A DNA stretch of 64,000 nucleotides from Candidatus Eiseniibacteriota bacterium (lineage in GTDB: Bacteria > Eisenbacteria > RBG-16-71-46). Position numbers and translations under genes: made by a program. The notes beneath the pieces were generated by a model, which was given only the letters and a program-made list of their open reading frames with translations, was not told where the DNA came from and made no database searches. Shown here in pieces: positions 20,708 through 32,947 of the stretch (position 1 is the stretch's first letter; each line of letters begins with the position of its first letter). The DNA lies in contig CAVSAC010000019.1 in NCBI GenBank assembly GCA_963725865.1, forward strand, positions 64,001-128,000. The letters run 5' to 3'.

Positions 20708-22095
20708 CACTCCCCTCCCGCGATGAACTGCAGCATGTCGAAGCGCGTCAGCACGCCGGTGATCGTGCCATGCTCGCGCACGAGCACCGCGGGATTGCGC
20801 GCCGCCATCAACCGCGTGACCTCGTCCGCGGAAGCGTCGGGCTCCACCACCGGCAGCGGCTCGGACATCAGGGCACGCACCGGCGCCTCGAGCGCGCGCG
20901 GGTCGGCGAGCACGCGCTTGAGCACGTCGCTGTCGTACAGCGTACCCACCAGCGTGTCGCCATCGAACACGGGCAGCTGCGAGATGTCGTGCTTCTGCAC
21001 GATCGCGAGCGCCTTGCGCAGCGGATCCCCGGCCTGCACCGCGAGCAGCGTGGGCACCGCGCCCTTGCCGGCCAGCACGGCTCCGACCCGCGTCACCACC
21101 GGGTCGAGCAGGTGGTTGTCGCGCATCCAGTCGTCGCTGTGCACCTTGGTCAGGTAGCGCTCGCCGGTGTCGGGCATCAGCACCACGACCAGGTCCCCGG
21201 GCTTCGCCGTCTTCGCCACCTCGATCGCCACCCACGTCGCCATGCCGGCCGAGCCGCCGACGAACACCGCCTCCTCGCGCACCAGTCGGCGCGCCATGTT
21301 GAGGCCGTCGCGGTCGGAGCACGAGATCAGGCGGTCGATCACCGTGAAGTCGAGCGCGCTCGGGATCATGTCCTCGCCCACGCCCTCGATCTTGTAAGGG
21401 TGCCCCTCGATGAGCTCGCCGGTCTCCTTGAAGTGCTTGAGGATCGAGCCCACCGGATCGGCGCCGATGACCTGGACCTTGGGGTTCTTCTCCTTGAGGT
21501 AGCGCCCGATGCCCGAGATGGTGCCGCCGGTGCCCGGGCCCGCGATGAAGTGCGTGATGCGCCCGCGCGTCTGCTCCCAGATCTCGGGTCCCGTGCTGCG
21601 GTAGTGGGCCTCCGGATTGTGGGGGTTGTGGTACTGGTTCATCAGGTACGCACCCGGGCGCTCGGCGGCGATGCGCCGCGCCACCGAGTAGTACGACTCG
21701 GGCGAGTCGGCGGGCACCGAGGTCGGCGTGATCACGACCTCCGCGCCGTAGGCCTTCAGCAGGTTGATCTTCTCGATCGACACCTTGTCGGGCATCACGA
21801 ACACCGCGCGGTAGCCCCTCACCGCGGCCACCATCGCCAGCCCCACCCCGGTGTTGCCCGAGGTGCACTCGACGATGGTGCCGCCCGGCTTCAGATGGCC
21901 CTCCCGCTCCGCCGCCTCGACCATCGCGAGCCCGATCCGGTCCTTCACGCTCCCACCGGGATTGAAGAACTCGAGCTTCGCCAGGATCGGGACCGCGACG
22001 CCTTCGGTGACCTTGCGCAGGCGGACGAGCGGGGTGTGGCCGACGGTCTCGAGGACGGTCTCGTGGTACTGGACTCCGTCGAGGGCATCACTCAC
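20707..22095 (-). CDS. cbs: Cystathionine beta-synthase with C-terminal CBS domains
   Basis: 'KLEFFNPGGSVKDRIG', 'TSGNTGVGLA', 'NQYHNP', 'GTGGTISG', 'YKIEGVGED', C-terminal CBS pair; AGGAG SD before GTG 22095. Confidence 0.92.
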   Translation of the reverse strand: MSDALDGVQYHETVLETVGHTPLVRLRKVTEGVAVPILAKLEFFNPGGSVKDRIGLAMVEAAEREGHLKPGGTIVECTSGNTGVGLAMVAAVRGYRAVFVMPDKVSIEKINLLKAYGAEVVITPTSVPADSPESYYSVARRIAAERPGAYLMNQYHNPHNPEAHYRSTGPEIWEQTRGRITHFIAGPGTGGTISGIGRYLKEKNPKVQVIGADPVGSILKHFKETGELIEGHPYKIEGVGEDMIPSALDFTVIDRLISCSDRDGLNMARRLVREEAVFVGGSAGMATWVAIEVAKTAKPGDLVVVLMPDTGERYLTKVHSDDWMRDNHLLDPVVTRVGAVLAGKGAVPTLLAVQAGDPLRKALAIVQKHDISQLPVFDGDTLVGTLYDSDVLKRVLADPRALEAPVRALMSEPLPVVEPDASADEVTRLMAARNPAVLVREHGTITGVLTRFDMLQFIAGGE

Positions 22096-22205
22096 TGGAG
22101 CGGCTCCTGTGGGGTTGAGGATCGGGCGCGGCATGGATGGCCGGCGCGTCACCCGGCGACCCGTGGAACGGGGCGGGAGCCGCCGCGTGCGTGGGCCGGC
22201 CGGCG

Positions 22206-22235
22206 AGTCTAGGGGCGCATCCACTGCGCCGTCAA
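22206..22235 (-). promoter_or_regulatory. Sigma70-like promoter of cbs-cgl
   Basis: Minus strand TTGACG-N18-TAGACT. Confidence 0.5.
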
Positions 22236-22295
22236 CGGAACGCGGGGCCCCACCGGGGCCCCGCGTGGATCGCATCGCGAGCGAGCGGCGCGGTG

Positions 22296-23750
22296 CTACT
22301 TCGTCTTGGGCGGCGCGGCCGGAGCCGCCTGCTCGAGCATCTTCTTCATGCCCGGGTTCTGCGGCAGGGGCGGCAGCACTGCCGGCCGCTGGTGCAGGAT
22401 GTGCGGCTCGAACACCGCGAACGAGAAGTCCGGGCTCGTGGTGCCGTTGTGGCACTGCCGGCAGGTGGTCTCGGTGATGCGACGCGGCGAGGCCGCGAAC
22501 GCCTCGTGCTGGGTGCCCATCCCGTGGCAGTTCTCGCACTGCACGTTCGACATCGTGGGCGAGAGCGCGGCGGTCTGGAACCCCCCCGGCTTCTGGAAGC
22601 CGACCACGTGGCACTTCACGCAGTCGGGGTCGGCGTCCTTCTTGTTGTCGACCAGCGTCTGCCACGCCCGAGCGTGCGCCGTGGTGCGCCACTGCTCGGT
22701 CTCGGACTTGTGGCACCGCTCGCACACCGACATGCCCACGAAGTGGTCCGGGCTCGACTCGGCCGCGGCGAGCGCGCGCTGCGCCGCCTGCTCCTTCTCG
22801 GCGCGGCGCAGCTTCTCGTTGAGGTTGTCCTCGAACTGCTTCACCAGGCTCAGGATCTCGGGCTTTTCCGGGATCTCGGCGCCCAGCATGAAGACGTCCG
22901 CCGACAGCGAGTCGATCTTGCGGCCCCCGGCGTCGAGCGAGACGACCGTGTGCCCCACGTTCTGCCCCTGCTCGCCCCCGTAGACCGCGAGGGACTTCTT
23001 GATCAGGCGGCCCTGCGGGATCAGCGGGACGTTGCGGCCCAGGATCATCACGTCGATCCCGTCCACGTTCGTGCACAGGTCCTCGCCCTCGGCCTTGCCG
23101 AGGTTCGAGAGCGCCACGACGATGGTCGCACCCTTCTTGCGCAGGTCCGCGATGGTGCGCTGCGCGACCCCGCGCGGCTCCAGCACCTGGAGCGACTCGC
23201 GCGCCGGACCGAGGTCGCCCTGGTCGGTGATCAGTCCGAAGACGCCGATCTTGACCGTGCCCTTCTGGATCAGCAGCGACGCGGGGAAGATCGGCTTCTC
23301 GCTGCCCGCCTCGACCAGGTTCGCGCACGTCACCGGGAGCTTGTTGAGTTTCGCGTTCTCCCGCAGGTACGCGAGCCCGAACCGCAGGTCCCGCTCACCG
23401 ACCCCGACCGCGTCGGTGCCGAGCAGCGTCATGCTCTGCTGCAGGAACCACGAGGTGTCCTTGTGCGGATCGTCCTCGGGGAAGTAGCCGCCGTTGTCGA
23501 CCAGCAGGACGTTCGGGTAGAGCGCCTTCAGGCTGTCCACGTAGCTGGCCCGCCGGGCCAGCCCCCCACGGGGCGTGTGTCAGCCACAGGGGCTGGTCTT
23601 CCCCTTCACGTCGGCGGTCGAGATGATGACCACCTGGTTCGCATGGGAAGGGGTCGCCGGCTTCTTCGGGGCGGTCGCGCCCAGCAGCAGGACGGCGGCG
23701 ATCACGCCGATCGCGATCGACGCCAGGGCGCGGATGATCAACGACTTCAT
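22296..23750 (-). CDS. Exported UshA/5'-nucleotidase-like selenoprotein (C-G-U) fused to a tetraheme c554-like cytochrome; TGA at 23580-23582 read as Sec
   Basis: In-frame N-terminus MKSLIIRALASIAIGVIAAVLLLGA...VVIISTADVKGKTSPCG*HTPRGGLARRASYVDSL; SECIS-like hairpin; heme motifs CERCH, CVKCH, CENCH, CRQCH. Confidence 0.85.
23544..23562 (-). promoter_or_regulatory. Bacterial SECIS-like stem-loop
   Basis: Minus strand GCTGGCCC-GGC-GGGCCAGC (8-bp perfect stem, G-containing loop) starting 17 nt after the in-frame TGA. Confidence 0.7.
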
Positions 23751-23813
23751 GCGGTTCATCCTTCGGGAGCGAGGGCCAGTCGGAGCGCGGCAGGTCGTGA
23801 AGACGAGGGCCCG

Positions 23814-23842
23814 AGTCTAGGGGGCACGCTCCCGAGCGTCAA
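23814..23842 (-). promoter_or_regulatory. Sigma70-like promoter of the selenoprotein gene
   Basis: Minus strand TTGACG-N17-TAGACT, ~65 nt upstream of ATG 23750, supporting the extended start. Confidence 0.55.
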
Positions 23843-23910
23843 GACTCGGCCGCGCCGTCGCTCGGGACGGGACGCGATCGCCCCGGGCGGGCCGGCGGCA
23901 CCGCGCGGGC

Positions 23911-24204
23911 TCACGCCTCGAGTCGGTACTTCGCCAGCAGGTCGCGCGCGGGCACCCGCCGGCCGGAGCCGGTGTGCACCACGCGCACCTCGAACCCGTA
24001 GCGATCGAGTCCGAAGTGGCGTTCGACCAGCCGTATCAGCCCGGCGACCGTGGCGTCGGCGCGAATCGTGCGGCCGCGCCGGCCCTGGCCGTGCGCGCGC
24101 GCGAGTCCGGCCTCGATCCCGTCCTGGTAGGCGCGCTTGAGAAGGCGTTGCATCCCGCGCCAGTGGGCGCGGCGCAGCGCCCGGAGCGATTGCACCTGGG
24201 TCAT
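23911..24204 (-). CDS. Small basic hypothetical protein (97 aa)
   Basis: GGAGG SD + ATG; plausible composition; no family recognised. Confidence 0.6.
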   Translation of the reverse strand: MTQVQSLRALRRAHWRGMQRLLKRAYQDGIEAGLARAHGQGRRGRTIRADATVAGLIRLVERHFGLDRYGFEVRVVHTGSGRRVPARDLLAKYRLEA

Positions 24205-24353
24205 GATGCCCTCCGCGGCGAGGACCTGGCCGCGCGCCACTCTAACACCGGCGCGCTCGGCCTTCGCGCGATTTCGCGCGTCTCGCGGGCGGAGCGCTGG
24301 CGCCGGCCGGAGTGGGGCGCTACTCTCGCGCGCGTCCGCCAACCGGAGTCGCG

Positions 24354-25169
24354 ATGGAATACGAAACACTGACCGAGATCGAGTGGGAGAAGGTGAATCG
24401 GGTGTGGGCGATGCTCGACGAGGGTCAGCTCGAGCGCGCACGCATCTCGCTCGACGCGCTGATGGCGGAGCGGCCGGGGCATCCGGACCTGCGCATCGTC
24501 GACGCGGCGATCGCCCTGGACGAGGGCGAGCCCCGGCGCGCGCTCCAGGCGCTGACGGGCGCCGAGCGCTCGGCGGACCCCGCCCTGTTCTTCCACCTGC
24601 GGGCGGTCACCCACTACGAGCTCGTGCAGTTCGAGGAGGCGCGCGACGACGCCGAGCGCGCGCTGGCCGTCCACCCCGACCTCGCCGAGGCCCACGACCT
24701 GCTCGCGCGGGTGTACGACCACCTGGGCGACCGCGAGCGAGCCGACGAGCACACGCGCGAGGCCGAAGCGATCGATCCGGATGCGTTTCCGCTGCCGCTG
24801 CAGGTGCCGCCCGAGCAATTCGACCGGCTGGTCGAGACCAGCGTGGCGGAGCTGCCGCCGGAGATCCGCAAGCATCTCGACGAGGTCCCGGTGCTGGTCG
24901 AGGACCTGCCCCAGCGCGACGTGCTGGTCGCCGACGCGCCCCCGCTCTCGCCGGATCTGCTGGGGCTGCACGTGGGCCCGGACCTGATCCGCCGCACGCA
25001 CCTCGACTCCCCGGCGGTCCACGTGATCTACCTGTTCCGCCGCAACCTGCTGCGCTCGTGCTCCGATCGCGACGAGCTGGAGCGCGAGGTGCGCATCACG
25101 GTGCTGCACGAGGTCGGGCACATGCTCGGACTCGACGAGGACGATCTCGACCGCTGGGGCCTGGCGTGA
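24354..25169 (+). CDS. TPR-containing zincin-like metallopeptidase (Zincin_1/DUF1025)
   Basis: TPR-like helices, then 'LLGL..G', 'IYLFRRNL', 'ITVLHEVGHMLGLDEDDL'. Confidence 0.85.
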   Translation: MEYETLTEIEWEKVNRVWAMLDEGQLERARISLDALMAERPGHPDLRIVDAAIALDEGEPRRALQALTGAERSADPALFFHLRAVTHYELVQFEEARDDAERALAVHPDLAEAHDLLARVYDHLGDRERADEHTREAEAIDPDAFPLPLQVPPEQFDRLVETSVAELPPEIRKHLDEVPVLVEDLPQRDVLVADAPPLSPDLLGLHVGPDLIRRTHLDSPAVHVIYLFRRNLLRSCSDRDELEREVRITVLHEVGHMLGLDEDDLDRWGLA

Positions 25170-26212
25170 AGACGGCGCGGGGTCGGTCCGTGGCGCGGCG
25201 CGCACGCGCGCTCGCCGCGCTGGCGCTGGCCACCCTGCTCGCGGGCTGCGCGCGCCCGGGGCCGGCTCCGGCGCCGTCGAAGGGCGTGCCCACGCTCGCG
25301 GGCGCCGTGCAGGCCGGGGCGCTGATCGTGACGCACGGCGGCGTCGGCTCCGGGCCCGAGCTGGCGGACGGACCGCAGACCGCGGCCGCCCGCGGCCTCG
25401 ACACCCTGCTCGCACGCGGCGCGAGCCTCGACGGCGCGATCGCCGCGGTGACGGTGCTGGAGGACGACCATCGGTTCAACGCCGGCACCGGCGCCAACAT
25501 CCGGATCGACGGGCGCACGATCCAGATGGACGCATCGGTCATGAGCGGTGCCGGGCGCTTCGCCGCCGTGGCCGCGATCGAGCGGGTCACGAATCCCGTG
25601 CGCGTCGCCCGTGCGGTGATGGACACCCCGCACCTGCTGCTCGCGGGCGACGGTGCCACGCGCTTCGCGCATCGCGTGGGCTTCCCCGACGTGGTGCCCA
25701 CCTGCCCTGAGGCCGAGGCCCGGTACCACGCGCGGATGCTGCGGCTCGCCGAGCTCATGGGCCGCACCGACACCACGGCGTACGACTGGCGCACGGTCTG
25801 GAACTTCCCCGGCCCGATGCCGCCCGACGTGGTCGAGTGGGGCCGTCACGGCGACACCGTGGGCGCGGTGGCGCGCGACGCGCAGGGGAACTTCGCGGCC
25901 GCGCTCTCGACCGGCGGAACCTCGATCACGCTCTACGGACGCGTCGGCGACGTGCCGATCTACGGGGCCGGGCTGTTCGCCGGCCCGGCGGGCGCCGTCG
26001 CCTGCACCGGCGACGGCGAGGAGATCATCAAGCGCTTCATGGCCCACGCGGTCTACGAGCGCATGGCCCAGGGCAGCTCCGCGCGCGCGGCCGTCGAGCA
26101 GGCGGCGGCCAGCTTCCCCGGCGAATTCACCGTGGGGCTCATCGCGGTGGACCGGAACGGCTGGGGCGTGGCGGCCAATCGGTCGATGGCCTGGGGGATG
26201 GCGAAGCGCTGA
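25166..26212 (+). CDS. Isoaspartyl peptidase/L-asparaginase (Ntn hydrolase), lipoprotein
   Basis: 'HGGVG', 'LEDD.RFNAG.G', 'MDAS.M', 'GDTVGAV' (Thr nucleophile), 'STGG', 'GRVGD', 'CTGDGE'; lipobox LAGC; GTGA overlap. Confidence 0.88.
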   Translation: MKTARGRSVARRARALAALALATLLAGCARPGPAPAPSKGVPTLAGAVQAGALIVTHGGVGSGPELADGPQTAAARGLDTLLARGASLDGAIAAVTVLEDDHRFNAGTGANIRIDGRTIQMDASVMSGAGRFAAVAAIERVTNPVRVARAVMDTPHLLLAGDGATRFAHRVGFPDVVPTCPEAEARYHARMLRLAELMGRTDTTAYDWRTVWNFPGPMPPDVVEWGRHGDTVGAVARDAQGNFAAALSTGGTSITLYGRVGDVPIYGAGLFAGPAGAVACTGDGEEIIKRFMAHAVYERMAQGSSARAAVEQAAASFPGEFTVGLIAVDRNGWGVAANRSMAWGMAKR

Positions 26213-26242
26213 ACGCTCGCGCGCCGCGCTGCGCGAGCGGGT

Positions 26243-26272
26243 GTCGGCTGCCATGCAGTCGGCTGCCACGCA
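26243..26272 (+). repeat. 15-nt tandem direct repeat upstream of the Cys-rich small gene
   Basis: GTCGGCTGCCATGCA GTCGGCTGCCACGCA, immediately before TTCCCG-N17-TAGACT. Confidence 0.55.
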
Positions 26273-26337
26273 TTCCCGGACCACGTCGATTCCGCTAGAC
26301 TTCGTGTACCCCCTGCGGCATCCCCACGAGGTGCGTC

Positions 26338-26529
26338 ATGCGCTGTGACAGTTGCGGCCGCGTGGTCTCGGAGCGGGAGCTCGGCCGCTGTCGCACGTGC
26401 GGCCTCGAAGGCCTCTGCCCCGAGTGCCTGCGCCAGATCACCGCGTCCGGTTGCCCCGACACGATGAGGCACGTGTGCCTGAACTACACGCCGTTCTGCG
26501 ATCGCACCCGCGCCGGCGAAGAGGAGTGA
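26338..26529 (+). CDS. Small Cys-rich (9 Cys, three CxxC) putative metal-binding protein, 63 aa
   Basis: GAGGTG SD; CDSC, CRTC and CPEC plus three further Cys. Confidence 0.65.
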   Translation: MRCDSCGRVVSERELGRCRTCGLEGLCPECLRQITASGCPDTMRHVCLNYTPFCDRTRAGEEE

Positions 26530-26575
26530 GGCGCCGCACGCCGCGTCCTCCGGGAGTCGCCCGCACGCTGGCCGC

Positions 26576-26661
26576 CTAGCGCCGGCGGGCCCCGAAGAAC
26601 CACACCTGCACGAACACCACCAGCGCCGCACCGGCGACGGTCACCACCCACTGGATCGCGC

Positions 26662-26665
<4 letters not shown>
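26576..26665 (-). CDS. 29-aa single-TM peptide translationally coupled to copA
   Basis: ATGA overlap with the copA stop; [29 protein letters not shown]. Confidence 0.6.
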
Positions 26666-29013
<2,348 letters not shown>

Positions 29014-29143
29014 GTCGGCGTCCTCCTCCCCCTCGCGCGGGCCGCGCGGCTTCTCACTCCGAGTGCCCATTCGGATGCGGAAGGACCCGCCGCGGAACGC
29101 GCCTGCGGAATCCACCGAGCCGACGACGGGGCCCCGCGCGACC

Positions 29144-32100
29144 TTACTGGATGCCGCCGATGCTGCCCACGCGGGTGCCGCGCTCGAGGTAGATCTCCTT
29201 CTGGTCCTTGATCCCGATGCGGAAGTAGTACTCCGCCTCGCCGCCCAGGGAGAACGTGCGCGAGAAGATCGCCGTCCAGCAGTGCAGGTCCCGCTGGATC
29301 GAGTACCGCTGGGTCGTCAGCGTGTGGAAGGTGATGTCGTACGACGCCGACCAGTCCACCGCCCAACCGGGGCTGAACTGGTAGCGCGCGACCACGTTCG
29401 CGCTCTGCCGATCGGTCCAGTGCGGCTCGAAGCTGTAGCCGCCGGCGTAGGAGTACGCCAGCCCCAGCGTCCAGGTGTCGTGGAATCCGGTGTCCTGCGC
29501 CTCGTCGCCCGACGGCTTGGCCTCGAGCGGCAGGTCGGGGTTGGACGACAGGCCCGGCCGGCTGCCGACGTTGAAGCCGAGGTAGCTGGTCATGGCGCGG
29601 ACCGGCCGGCCCTGGTACGGGTCGGTGGTCCACGCCAGGTTCGCGTTGAACACGCCGGGCGGCTGCAGGTTGATGTTCGAGCTGAGCGGCGACAGCGGGT
29701 GCTTGGAGCCGCGCTCGCGCCACAGGAAGTCGTAGCTGCCCGAGGTCGTCCACGACAGCAGGTTGTCGAGGCGCTGCACGTCGGAGCCCTTGCGCAGCTT
29801 GGCCTGGAAGCGCTGGTCGAGCGAGAACGACATGCTGGCCGCGCGGAAGCCCGAGATGCCGATGCCCCCGAAGCTGTTGAACCGGCTGCGGCGGGCGCCG
29901 GTGCTGTCGTTGAACGTGAGGGTCTTGAACTCCGGCGAGTAGTTGAAGGAGACGTTCGGGCTCACCACGTGGCGCAGGCCGACCAGCGGTCCCAGGTGCG
30001 GCGCGAACGTGCCGTAGAACGTGGTGCCGGTGCTCACGCCGGTGCTCCAGACCGCGGCCGGCACCACGCGATGGCCCTGCTCGTCGAAGTCGAACACCAC
30101 CGCGTTCCCGCTCACGCGTGGCGCGAAGTTGATCCAGCCGAACAGGCGGCGCGAGTCCGAGAGCCCGCCGTCGCGCCGCGAAGCCGCGGCGCGTCGTGTT
30201 GCTCTGCCCGAGGACGTTCGTCACCACGGCGCTCGAGGAATCGCGGCTCTTCACGAACGCGCGCCGCTCGTACTGCTCGACGAAGCGCGCGGAGAGGCTC
30301 GCGTACAGGGTCCGCAGGCTCTTCTCGAACGGCGTGCCCTTGAACGCGCTGAGCGAGCCGAGCGTGCGGGTGGGGAACGACACCGACAGGCTCGGCCGGG
30401 TCTCCGTCAGGTTCGCCAGGTCGGCCAACTTGCCGACCGCCGGCAGCGGCGAGGGGCCGTTGCCGTCGGGATCCTGCAGCGCGGCGTCGGCGTCGAGGTC
30501 CTGGCGCCGGTCGATGAAGGTGTTGAACGAGGCCCAGTCGGCCGAGTGCGAGACCGCGAGGTTGGAGGTGAGGAAGCGGTTCACGCGCTGCGAGAGCGAG
30601 GCGCCGTACAGGTTGCTCGCGCTGTAGTCGCGGCTCGACACGAACGAGCCGCGCGCGGCCAGCCGCGTGCGCGGCGTCAGCTCCTGGTTGTGCTCGCCGT
30701 AGAAGTCCCAGTCGTCGCGCTCGGTGCGATCGTTGCGCGCGAACGAGGTCTTGAACTGGCCGTCGAGCACGTAGAGCAGCTTGTACTCGCTCTCGGCGCG
30801 GATCACCCACGATGGCTCGGCCTGGTAGTAGTCGCCCGACATCGTGAAGTCCATGTAGTCGTTGGGCGCCCAGTAGTAGCCGGCGTTGCGGATGAACTGC
30901 CCCGCCGTATTGCTGAAGCCGAACTCGAACTGCGGGAACAGGAACCCCGAGTGACGCCCGGGCTTGATCGGGAACACGTAGAACGGCAGCGCGAGCAGCG
31001 GCACGTTCTTGATGTAGAACACCACCGGCTTCGCGACCAGCTTGTCCTTGAGGTAGATCTTCATCCACCGCGCCGCGAAGTGATAGTGCGGCTGGACCAG
31101 GTCGCAGGTGCTGTACGAGCCGCCCATCACGTCGAGCTCGTTGTTGCCGACCTTGCGGATGCGTTCGCCGTGGTACAGACCCTTCTCGTAGGCGGTCTCC
31201 GCCTGGTAGATGGTGCCGACGCGGCTCTCGAGGTCGTACGTCATGAGGTGCCCGGTGACCTGATCGCCGCGGTCCTTGAGCTCCGGCTTGCCCTCGGCGA
31301 CCAGCGTCTGCGCGTCGACGTCGTACTCGACCCGCCGCGAGCGCAGCTCGAGGTCGCCGTACGTGAGGTGCGCCCCCTGGTCGAGCACGATGCGGTTCTT
31401 GGGCACCACGTACTCGATGCGCAGCGCGTCGTAGGAGACCAGCTCGCGCCGCTGCGCGGTCGTGTCGGCGATGTCGACCGCGGGCCGGAACTCGCCCTTG
31501 GCCTGGCCCTGCACGCGGGCGCGGTCGATCTTGCGGTCCTTGAAGAACACCGTGATGGTGTCGCCCAGCGCGAGATTGCGCTCCTGGCTCTTGCCGATCC
31601 GCGTGGGCGCGCCGTACTCGTTGCGCGCGGCCCCGATCGCGATCAGGCTGTCGATGTCCTGGTCGGTGAAGAACACGTCGACCCGGTCGCCGGTGAGGCG
31701 GCTGGTCTCGCCCAGCGTCGTGGGCCGGTCGCCGCGATAGTCCATGACCGCGCGGTTCCGCACGACCACGCGGCGGACGACGCGCTTCTGGCTCCACACC
31801 TCGATGGTGTCGCCGGTCACCACGGTCTCGTCGTCCCACACGCGCGGGCTGCCGAACAGCCAGCCGCGCTCGGCGCGGTCGTCGAACAGCGCGTAGTCGG
31901 CGCGGGCCCGCAGCGTGTCGCTCACGACCAGCACCGAGTCCATCGCCTGCGCGAGGCGCGACTCGGTGTTCACGCGCATGTGCTGCGCGGTCATCGTGGT
32001 GACGCGCCCCTTGTCGCCCTGTGACCGCAGCCGCGGGTGACCCATCGCCACCGCCTCGCGGGTGCGGCGGTCGAAGTCGACCGAATCGGCGTCGAGCTCG

Positions 32101-32714
32101 GTCTTGTTCGCCTCGTCGAAGCCCTGGACGTTGCCGCGCGCCTGCACCACGAGCGAGTCGCGCCAGTAGATGGCCCGGTCGGAATCGAGCCGCTGCTCGC
32201 GGTCGCGCCCGTGCACGCGACCCGTCAGTTCCGCGCGCCCGCGGCGGCGATCGTACGTGCCATAGGGCGCCTTGAGCTCGGCATCGCGATCGCGGACGAC
32301 GACGTTCCCATCGAGCTGGATCAGGTCCTCGTTCTCGAGGAACGTGGCGCGATCGCAGGTCAGCGTGGTCGTACTGTCGACCATCTTCACGCGCCCCTCG
32401 AGGAACAGCAGCCCCTGCGCGCGCAGGTAGCGGCCGGCGTCCGAGGTGAGGATGGCGCGGCCGCGGACGACCTTGAGGTTGCCGTTCAGCAGGATGATGT
32501 CGCCCTCGGGGCCGCGGCTGCCGGTCATGTTGTCGGCGCGGATGTCGAGGGGGGGCTCGGGGGCGGGGGGTTGGGCGAACGCGGGCGTGGTCGCGGTGCA
32601 CACGATCGACAGCACGGACGCCAGGCTCGCGATGGCGAGCGCCCGCACGCGGCTCGACTTGGCGAGCGCGTGCTTCTGGCTCGCCATGGTGCGCACGGTC
32701 TTCTGGCTCGCCAT
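29144..32714 (-). CDS. lptD: LPS-assembly protein LptD with long OstA/LptA-like N-terminus; apparent single-base frameshift near 30165-30180
   Basis: OstA-like repeats; 'YSTCDL..PHYHF', 'PLLALPF', 'RHSGFLFP', 'GYYWAPNDY'; C-terminal 'RDLHCW' lies in a second frame (29144-30170). Confidence 0.85.
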
Positions 32715-32727
32715 GGCGAGCGTCTCG

Positions 32728-32876
32728 GCGGTGCCGGTCCAGGGGGACACGGATCGAGGCACGCTCGGCTGCGGCATCCTGCCTCCGCCTCGCTGCGCCT
32801 TCGGCCGGCTCCGCCAGTCCCTGGCTCCGCCGACCTCAGGGGCGCCTCGCTCCGTGTCCCCCTGGACCGGCACCGC
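32728..32876. repeat. MITE/REP-like element with 33-bp terminal inverted repeats
   Basis: GCGGTGCCGGTCCAGGGGGACACGGA(T/G)CGAGGC at 32728-32760 and its reverse complement at 32844-32876 (one mismatch), in the folC-lptD intergenic region. Confidence 0.75.
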
Positions 32877-32947
32877 ACGGTCGAGGATGGGCGGGGCCGC
32901 TGCTCGGGCGTCTCGCGCCGTGGCTGCCTGGAGCGGGGGGGAGCTCA

